Origin: the human T2T-CHM13v2.0 reference genome, Homo sapiens | Reading direction: 5' to 3' (one strand) | DNA: 64,000 nt | Assembly: GCF_009914755.1 (NCBI RefSeq) | Contig: NC_060930.1 | Part shown: positions 55,349-64,000 of the stretch, in pieces | Numbering within the stretch: position 1 is the first letter of the stretch | Layout of the letters: every line of letters begins with the position of its first letter | The notes under the pieces: model-generated | The model's input: only the letters and a program-made list of their open reading frames with translations | Databases searched by the model: none | What the model was told of the DNA's origin: nothing | Position numbers and translations under genes: made by a program

Positions 55349-56069
55349 TTAGATCTGCTTTCTCCAGATACTCTAGTTCCCTTTGCCCCTTGGACTCACC
55401 ATGCTTTCTCTCCTCACAGGGTTTTTGCCTGTGCCATTCCTCTCCCTTTCTATTCTTTGATCAGTTAGGCCATACTTATCTTTCAGTTCTCTGTTCAAGC
55501 CTCATTTGCTCAAGGAAAACATTTTTGACCTATTTGTCTTGGTTGAATTTCCCTCTAATCTGAGCTCACACCATGTTGGATCTCACTTTTGTAGCATTTG
55601 TCACAGTGGCGATTTTACCATTGTGTACTTATTAGATACATTATCCTCCACTCTCCCTACATACACATTAAACCGTCCATTTTCTGAGGACAGGAACCAC
55701 GCCTGCTTTTGCTCACAATTTTACTCCAGTGGTTAGCTCAATGTGTGGCATATAGTAGCTTGGACTTCATAGATTAAGAAAATACAAGTCAGGCCCAAGA
55801 ATGTCAGACAATAGTAGGAAGCAGAGCTTTACATTCGAAGATAAAATAAAATAATCACAAGCATGTTTTACTGAGTACAATATCTAACTGCTAAATTAAT
55901 GAAGTAATGAGTGAATGGTAGTATAATTTCCCTAAGAAAAATATTTTATGCTTTTCTACTGTTGAGGAGAAAAAAAAATCCAGATTCTTTGCCTTAGTAT
56001 TCCAGAGCTTCACCATTTGAACACCAATTTCCATTCTAGGCTTATTTCCTACCAATGATCTCCCCGAGA

Positions 56070-56500
56070 GGAGACATAATGGCCAGCCTCCAGAGTCAGG
56101 CAAAACCAGGTGTGGCCCTACTCTTCTCTGTGACCTCCCTAAGATGTTCTCATCTCTAAGTGGGGATAATAATAGTAATCATGTCAAATAGCTATTGTAA
56201 AAATTAAATGGCATGATGTATATATCTGTGATGTAGGAAGCTTAATAACTTCTAGCTATCAATATTATCTCCAGGACAAGCACAAGATAGTAGTTAAATA
56301 CTCCTTATTAAATGCTTACTATATACCAGTCATTGTATCAAGTTTATCATTTCAATGAATCCTCACTGTAGTTACTATCACAAAAAGAAACCAAGGCTCA
56401 GAGAGGTTATTTGCACAAAATCACACAGCTAGTAAATGGAAGAGATGAGAGTCACGTGTGGACAATTCAGTGACAAAGCCCACCTTTCCACCACCATGTT
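56070..56500. mobile_element. Two MIR fragments tail-to-tail (about 56070-56270 plus; 56290-56500 minus)
   Basis: ctcatctctaagtggggataataatagt (+) and aagaaaccaaggctcagagaggtta...cacacagctagtaaatgg (-). Confidence 0.7.
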
Positions 56501-57019
56501 TCCCTATATTGCAGTAGGCACTCAGGCAATCTTAATTTCCTTTCTCTTTTCATGTTCCCTATGCTCCTAACATTTAAATAACCATTGCTCCAACACAGCA
56601 TGCGCTGTCACAACTCCATTTGTCTGTTCACTCTGCTCTCTTTGTTCTAATTTACCTTCTCCTGGTTTCTCTAAAGGGCAAAATACTATTTAAGCTTCAA
56701 TACTCTCTCAAATATCATCATGATCTTCCTCTATTGATTGTCTATCCTTTCTCTGAATGTGTAAGCCCATCCTATCTGCTAAGTTCTTCATACAATAAAT
56801 TAGTAAAACATGCATTTTATTACTTTGCTGCATTGCTCTTTGTATCCAAAGTTATCGCTCCTGTTCTGCTCTGATATTTTTAAGGTCTAAAACAGGATCA
56901 TACTCATTTTTGGATCATGTGTGTCTCACTAAATGCTAGGGACATACATACATGCTCAGTGAATTTATGCTGAGTTGAAAATTAACCTAATATGAGGTCT
57001 GCACAAACTGCCCCTGTTT

Positions 57020-57185
57020 ATATACATATACATAGTCACAAACATGCACACACACAAAGGCCCACATGAATGCCTACGCACACAAACATACACAAGTATG
57101 CATGTAAAAATATGCAGGGACACACAGATACATAAAATTCATGCTCATACACATGCGTGTGTGCACATATGCAAATGTATACACT
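57020..57185. repeat. Degenerate CA/CATG low-complexity tract
   Basis: Visible directly. Confidence 0.7.
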
Positions 57186-57526
57186 CAGAGCTTCAGTTTT
57201 TGTTTGCTTATGTCAAGACAAATGAAATATTAAGGAAAGAATTAGCTAAATTACTGTGGAAATAAATTTAGCATCTCTTCTCTTAAAACAATGAAAGTAA
57301 TTTATATATTTAATTTTAATAAGAAACAATAGCTGAAGGGGTATTTTGTTACTTAATTTTTCCACTTTATATTACAAAAATGTATTTTGAAATAAAGAAG
57401 ATCTCAGTACCTGGTACTGGGAAATCTCTCTCTCTTTGATACACACACATGTACACACACACACACCCTTAATTAATGTTCACTCATACATTTTTGGTAA
57501 AATAACAGAAATATTGAGAAAATTCA

Positions 57527-57833
57527 GGCCAAATGTAGTGGCTCATACCTGTAATCTCAGCACTTTGGTAGGCCGAAGCAGGCAGCTCGCATGAGCCCAG
57601 GAGTTCAAGATCAGCTTGGACAACATGGTGAAACCCTATCTATACAAAAATTACAAAAATACAAAAATATAGCCAGGGCAGTGGTGCCTCAGCTATTCAA
57701 GAAGCTGAGGTGGGAGGATCACTTGAGCCTGGGGGGTGGTGGAGGCTGCTGCAGTGAGCTGTTATCACATCACTATACTCCAGCCTGGGCAACTGAGTGA
57801 GACCCAGTTTCTGGGAAAAAAAAAAAAAGAGAA
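57527..57833 (+). mobile_element. AluJ
   Basis: gaggtgggaggatcacttgagcctggg; TSD agaaaattca at 57517-57526 and 57834-57843. Confidence 0.93.
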
Positions 57834-59640
57834 AGAAAATTCAGACCAAGATCATCTCAAATAGATTACACCAGAGGCTATATACCTCAATATTTTTATA
57901 CAAGTTATTTGGCTTTCAGATTTTGTGTTCTATTAAGAAACCATAAACTTCCAGAATAGTTTATTTTACAATCTGAACTTTTAAGGCAGTAAAGCTACCA
58001 GTAAAAGTTGTCTTAAAGAATTAAACAGACACTTTCACCTTTTAAAAACAAATGAAAAGTACCATCAAAGCAGGAGAATGATCTTCCATTATCATTAAAA
58101 TTTTAACAAAGTAGATTATAAACAACCAAATGTACAACTGCCCATGTAAAGATAATTCAGCCCCAGATCACTGATGGTGTTACTAAATCACCATGGCATC
58201 ACTTGCAGGTTAGGATGCGCTGGGAGCTCATGGGAGAATTATAGCCCTATTACACATAGCCAAGCCCACATTAGTGTTGAGAGGAGGTGTGGAGGTTATA
58301 AACATCTCATACGGTCTGCACTCCATTAGATAAGGATATTAATCACTCAGATCAATGGGACACCAAGAAGCTATTATGATCACTGGCAGTTAAAATAGCC
58401 CAAGACACTTGCTTGTGTCCACCAAGAGAGGAAGAGTATTTTATATCTTTGGGTATCAAATGTAGCTCATTCTAAATCTTTCTGTTTGAGGCTTCACCCT
58501 CTCTGTCACTAAAAAGCACCATTTACATTTGCATACTCTGCCTGGTGCCTGCAACATGAGTGCTTGAAATGGTGATGTCAAACGGGCTTGATTTATGTCA
58601 CTTTAAGAGAATCTAGGAATTTTAGATCTTGTAATGGGGTTTTCATTATTCTAGCTACATAATGCATGCAAACATTATCCTGATGCCTTTTAAAAAGTTG
58701 TCAAAATGCATGGGGAGAACCAAATGTATTATATGTTTGCTTCCTATAGGCTGCAGCAGGGAGAGAGTGGCTCAGAGAGATTTCAACTGTGTATAATTAT
58801 AAGTAGCTGTACAGCTGAATAGCTATTGTAATGCCTGCAGTGTGTGGTATCTGGAAAAGAATACAAATAAATGTGCACCACAGTATTGTTGCCTAATACA
58901 TTAAACATATATTCACACATACTACAAGATATGATCACTACGCCCCCATCTTCCCACATGTGGCAATAGCAGTGTACCCAAGTTCCCACCTACCTGTTGA
59001 CTCCCTCCATGGCTACTTGTCCTCTAAAATAAGGGAAAAGGAAAGGTGGAAGCCCATATTTCTTTTTGCCAGTCTGGTCCACAGCTTTCCATCTGGTCTA
59101 AATGGTGGCATTGATTTAGTGGAATTATAAATCTGTCAGAAAACAATTAGCCCTCACTGTGTTTTCACAGTGGACCGTACTGAGAGGGGCAGCTCTGGGG
59201 AAATCAGCTCCACTCCTATAAGAGACCACTTAGCAATTATTTTAGCAACATTCGGGTCAGGACACTGCCATAGAAACTTGCACACATGGGCATTTCCCCA
59301 TGTCCCGGAAGCCTGTTGAAGATGTGAGGGAGAAAGTCCAGCCTCGCAGTGCCTATACTCCCTTCGCCTCATTCCCAGAGTACTGAGTATTTTGTAAAAT
59401 CCCAGCCTCCAAGAAATACACATCCATTTGGGGGATACAGAATTCTCACACCTCAAATAATTAGACATAAAACAAGTTAAACAAACTGCTAAATTAAACA
59501 CCATCAGGGACTAAGGATACAGATTAAACAGTGTGAGATAGGATGGGAAGTTATCAAATTGCCAGTTTTACCAGAAAATTTTATAGAGAAAATGGATTTT
59601 GAGATAAGCTACTAAGAATAGGGAAAAATGGGATAAGTCA

Positions 59641-59923
<283 letters not shown>

Positions 59924-60228
59924 AGAAAGAAAGAAAGGAAATAAAGAAGGAAGAAAAAAAGGAAGGAAGGAAGAAAGGAGAGAGAAGAAGAAGAAGAGAA
60001 AGAAAAGGAAAGAAAGGGAAAGAAAAAGAAAAGAAAGAAAGAAAGGAAGGAAGGAAGGAAAGAAGGAAGGAAGGAAGGGGAAGGGAATGGAAGGGAAGGG
60101 GAGGGGAGGGGAGGTAGGTAAGGGGAGGGGGAGGGGAAGGGAGGGGGAAGGGGAGGGGAAGGGGAGGGGAAGGGGAGGGGAAGGGGAGGGGAAGGGGAGG
60201 GGGAGGGGAGGGAAAGGGAGGGGAGGGG
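59924..60228 (+). repeat. ~300-bp polypurine compound repeat (AAAG, then GGAA, then GGGGA)
   Basis: Almost pyrimidine-free; visible directly. Confidence 0.95.
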
Positions 60229-60448
60229 TAAGTCAGCCAGAAAGGCTGGATGAAGCAGCAAGGATGGAGGCCTCAGGCCAGATCTCATGGCATTGCCTCT
60301 CTGTGTAGTAGGGAAGAGGATTAAGACAATGGTTGATAAAGGTAGAAATACAGACTGTTGAGTATATTCCCACCTAGATGAGGAAAGAACTGGTGGAGCC
60401 ATTCTCAGTTCTTGAGAGCAGTTGCCATCTATCAAAATCACCTGCATC

Positions 60449-60588
60449 CAGGGTCAGCTCATGGGTGTGAAGTTACACAGGGCCTCATGCTCAGAAAGAC
60501 TGTACTTGGTTTAAAGCTCTGCTATCACTGTTTCAAAATTCTTAATAATTTTTAGACAAGCATCCCTGCAAATTATGTAGCCAGCCTA
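60449..60588. mobile_element. MER91A (hAT-Tip100 MITE)
   Basis: cagggtcagctcatgggtgtg...cttggtttaaagctctgct...aaattcttaataattttt...gcaaattatgtagccagcct. Confidence 0.8.
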
Positions 60589-60680
60589 CCTGAAGTCAAT
60601 ATTCTTCATACACTTTCTTATTAGATATACAGTCTCTGTTCTTAAACACCTTGAAACTGACATGCATGTTGATACCTGGT

Positions 60681-60726
<46 letters not shown>
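60681..60726. repeat. (TG)n microsatellite
   Basis: About 23 units with one CG interruption. Confidence 0.95.
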
Positions 60727-60727
<1 letters not shown>

Positions 60728-60954
60728 TGAAGGGTGCAGGGGGGCTTGTTTGTGGGGCCTGCTGGAGCAGGAGTCACTTGTTTTACCCTTGCATCCTGAT
60801 TACCTGTTAGAGCCTTACAAGTCTCTCACCTATAACTTCTCCCAGGCCTTGTGACTACTGGGGAATCCCTCGATTTCATTCAGCTTCTTCTAATAGCTTT
60901 CCACAATAGTCTTTCAATAATCATGTCACCCTCTAAAATTATTGGAAAAGGTCA

Positions 60955-61170
60955 ATTTTGGACATTGCAGTCAGACAAACTACCACTTCATGATTCTCTT
61001 CTTCTCCCTCTTTCCTTTGATTTTACTGTCTGTGACCCTGGGAAATTTTTAAAATTTTTCCAAGTCTTTGTTCCCTTGTCTGTAAAACTGGGATAATCAC
61101 ATCTAGCTTAGGAATCTTATGAAGATTCCAAGAGGATGATGTATTTAAACATACTTAGCAGCCAGTACAA
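60955..61170 (+). mobile_element. MIR SINE
   Basis: ggacattgcagtcagac...tgtgaccctggg...tctgtaaaactgggataatc. Confidence 0.6.
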
Positions 61171-61194
61171 TGGATCTGCTCTTCTATGCCTGTT

Positions 61195-61288
61195 CTCCAT
61201 TTTCCTTCCTCCCTCCTCTCCTCTCCTTTCTTCCTTCTTCCCTTCCTTCCTTCCATCCTTTCTCTATCCCTTCTTTTTGTTTCTTCTC
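61195..61288. repeat. Polypyrimidine (TTCC-like) low-complexity tract
   Basis: Visible directly. Confidence 0.8.
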
Positions 61289-63180
61289 GATGGAAATATG
61301 TTAACATTAGGGCATTCTGATGATTAATTTTCCTCCAAAACCTTAGTTCTGGAGGAGTAAATATAGTTAATAATGAGGAAAGTAAGAGACCTCACAATCA
61401 AAACTGGAAATAAGAATTTCATTTGAATTACTTCCATGCAGGAAGAAGGAAAGTGAGAGCTCTTCTGCAACTACTACACCCAAGTTCTTTAAGACACAAA
61501 AATTACAGAATTTTAAAATGATGTCCAATCTAAGGCCTTTGACACACACTGCCTTATTGTTAGCAGGAAATCAGAGTTCTCAAGACAGTCAGGAAGGGGA
61601 GAGGAGACTGGGTCCCTGGTGAGGGCAGAGAAGTTCACCAGCAGATCTCAGAAGGGCTTTTTCTAAGTGGACAGTGATGATGCACATTTGAAAGGCATTA
61701 TGGTGTTGGTCCCGGAAAACATTACTAATTTGTCATTTTCTTGATTATCTTGTTGTATCATTGAGACAGGGATTTCTTCATCAATACAAAAGATGATGCG
61801 GAGACAACTAGATCCATCATTGGCTTTAGTTCTTTCCCTACCTCCCCTCCTGGATTAGAAATTCCTCCTGGCCTTCTCAGACTAGTTATCTTTACCCAAG
61901 TCATATTTTCTCTTCCCAGGCAATCTTGTCTCTGCCCTGATCTCCTTAAGCCTTCACCTGCACACAGAAGGGCTCCCAAGTTTCTTCTTTAATCTTCAGT
62001 CCTGAAATTATTTGTTCACTTCTGATCCTAAAGCGAAGGTGGAGGGAAGATGGTGCTGAATCTGCAATTTTCTCTCGGGCACTGGAGGTGCCAAAGACTG
62101 AAACAAAAGAGTTCTGAAGGGTCCCTTCTTCATCTGTTTTAGGTGAAAGCAAGGTGGGAGATTAACAGGAGAAGCTGAGGAGACTGAAGATGCTGCATTC
62201 CTATAGAAGAGCTGGGAACAATTCTTACCTTTCAAATGGACCTTTACTTTTCCCAGTAATCAATGGAAGGTCAAAAAAGGAACCCAAGTAGGAATAAGCA
62301 GCTCCACGTATACCTTGGATAGGGGACAGTGGGGTGAAGAGGGCACAGGAGACACTGATAAAGAAGTCTGAGAATTACTACCTTGATGGACTGAAGGAGT
62401 TTCTGAATAAACTGAATTTATTTTCTACAGCTTATGGAAACTGAAGCAGTACTTACACATCTAGCATCTATTCTCATTCCTCATTTCCTCATTCGTAATA
62501 ATACACAGTTCCTTTCAGCCTAAATCTTTCATCACTCACTATAACATAGCAAAACAGATTGACTTTGCTGCAGCTCATCTTCTTGATGAATATATATCAC
62601 TTCACAATATCCCATATTCCTTGTTCAATATTAATTGCTAAGAAACACAACAGCAAACTGTGAAAACAACATGATCTGCGTGGTATTGCCTATTATCCCC
62701 CATCCTGGACATTTTGCCTGCACTATGAGTTCATAAAGTATCCATCTAAAGTGCCATTCTTCTTGCAGAGGAAATTCAAGGCTATTCATGAATAGGCAAC
62801 AATGGAATATGTGATGGAAAATCAAACCAAAGCCTTCCATTGCGTTAGAGATATAAAAAGCTCTGCTGTTGGAAGGTTTCTTTTTCCCAAAAACCATCAC
62901 CAATAAATTTCATTGCAATATTTTTCCAAAGCTTTCAGAAATAATATTGCTTCACTCACAGGGTAAAAAAGAGAGATACTGCAAACAAACTGTGCATCCT
63001 CTCAAGCTCTTAATGTTTGTTTACCAGGATTGTAGAAAGGAGAATTAAAAGCCTACTTACTATTTACGGAGTAATAGGAGAAAAGACAATGTTCCCATGA
63101 TTTTAAAATAAATTATAATACCAGATGGATTATTTCCCTGCTTGAATCAAGTTGACTTTGACAGCAAGGGCCATTTTTTG

Positions 63181-63461
63181 TTTTTTGAGACAGAGTCTCG
63201 CTCTGTTGCCCTGGCTGGAGTGCAGTGGTGCGATCTCGGCTCACTGCAAGCTCTGCCTCCCGGGTTAACGCCATTGTCCTGCCTCCCGAGTAGCTGGGAC
63301 TACAGGCGCCCGCCACCACGCCCGGCTAATTTTTTGTATTTTCAGTAGAGACGGGGTTTCACCGTATTAGCCAGGATGGTCTCGATCTCCTGACGTCGTG
63401 ATCCGCCCACCTCGGCCTCCCAAAGTGCTGGGATTACAGGCGTGAGCTACCGCACCCGGCC
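63181..63461 (-). mobile_element. AluY (CpG-rich, young)
   Basis: AluY diagnostics cactgcaagctc and acgccatt; TSD agcaagggccattttttg at 63163-63180 and 63470-63487; 6-bp deletion of agcctc. Confidence 0.95.
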
Positions 63462-64000
63462 AGCAAGGGAGCAAGGGCCATTTTTTGACTTCGAGAAACT
63501 TCTGAATTCTTACCTGCTTCTTTCTCTGCTTTCCCTAGGGACTAGATTCTGATTGACTTAGATATTTAGTCCACCAATTAGTGCTGATGGTGTTGAGTGA
63601 CAGCCTCGGTCTTGCTTTGAAAAGGCACCTTCCCTTCTAAACTCTCCTTGCCTAGGAGTTTGAACTTCATTAATTTTTGTCAGTGTGTCCATTATCCAAG
63701 GTATTACACCACAGCCTGTAAGTAAAAATCTCCATTGCTCAGTTTTATATGCACTGCTTAATGGAAAGCAAATGATCTGAATTAAATGCCATTGCCACCA
63801 AATAAAATACCTGTCCTATCTGATATAGGAGTTTTACTGGCAAAGGTTAGATTACATCCTGATCAAATATGGGGAGATTCTGTCATATGTTTTTCTTCTT
63901 TTCAAAAATGCTGCATTAACTTCCACAAACTCATGATGACCAATAACAGGGAATAATACAACCCCAGACAGGAAAGACAGAGAGTTTCTTGGTGACAGAG

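Larger units (their letters stand above)
53560..55760 (+). mobile_element. Long L2 relic interrupted by MLT1 and a Charlie5 derivative
   Basis: acttcatctctgatcttcagacc...; ctgatcttggaataaagacaaaatcc; 3' end tgaggacaggaacc...tgtgtggcatatagtag. Confidence 0.7.

Overview
AT-rich, CpG-depleted primate (human-like) non-coding genomic DNA, intergenic or deep intronic. I find no credible protein-coding exon, RNA gene, CpG island or prokaryote-type system. The ORF track is explained by Alu, LTR, DNA-transposon and low-complexity sequence, or by chance. Roughly half the window is recognisable interspersed repeat: 11 Alus, several L1/L2/MIR relics, a complete Tigger1, Charlie1a, a Charlie5 derivative, MER3/MER91A/MER102/MER113, a complete MST (MaLR) LTR-int-LTR provirus and many solo LTRs. 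Repeat subfamily names come from my recollection of consensus sequences, and old-repeat boundaries are approximate. Most interesting: (1) a ~1.2 kb 3'UTR-only processed retrocopy at 28574-29779 (minus strand; AATAAA, poly(A), 9-bp TSD), probably from EIF4B; (2) a patch of the local Tigger1 copied into the nested L1 about 1.7 kb away; (3) several template-switch scars (fold-back DUP-INV-DUP, twin perfect hairpins, nested duplications in an Alu); (4) a ~300-bp polypurine tract that grew inside an Alu's TSDs; (5) a candidate SRF/TEAD/AP-1 enhancer near 3.0 kb. I see no evidence of a new biological system.
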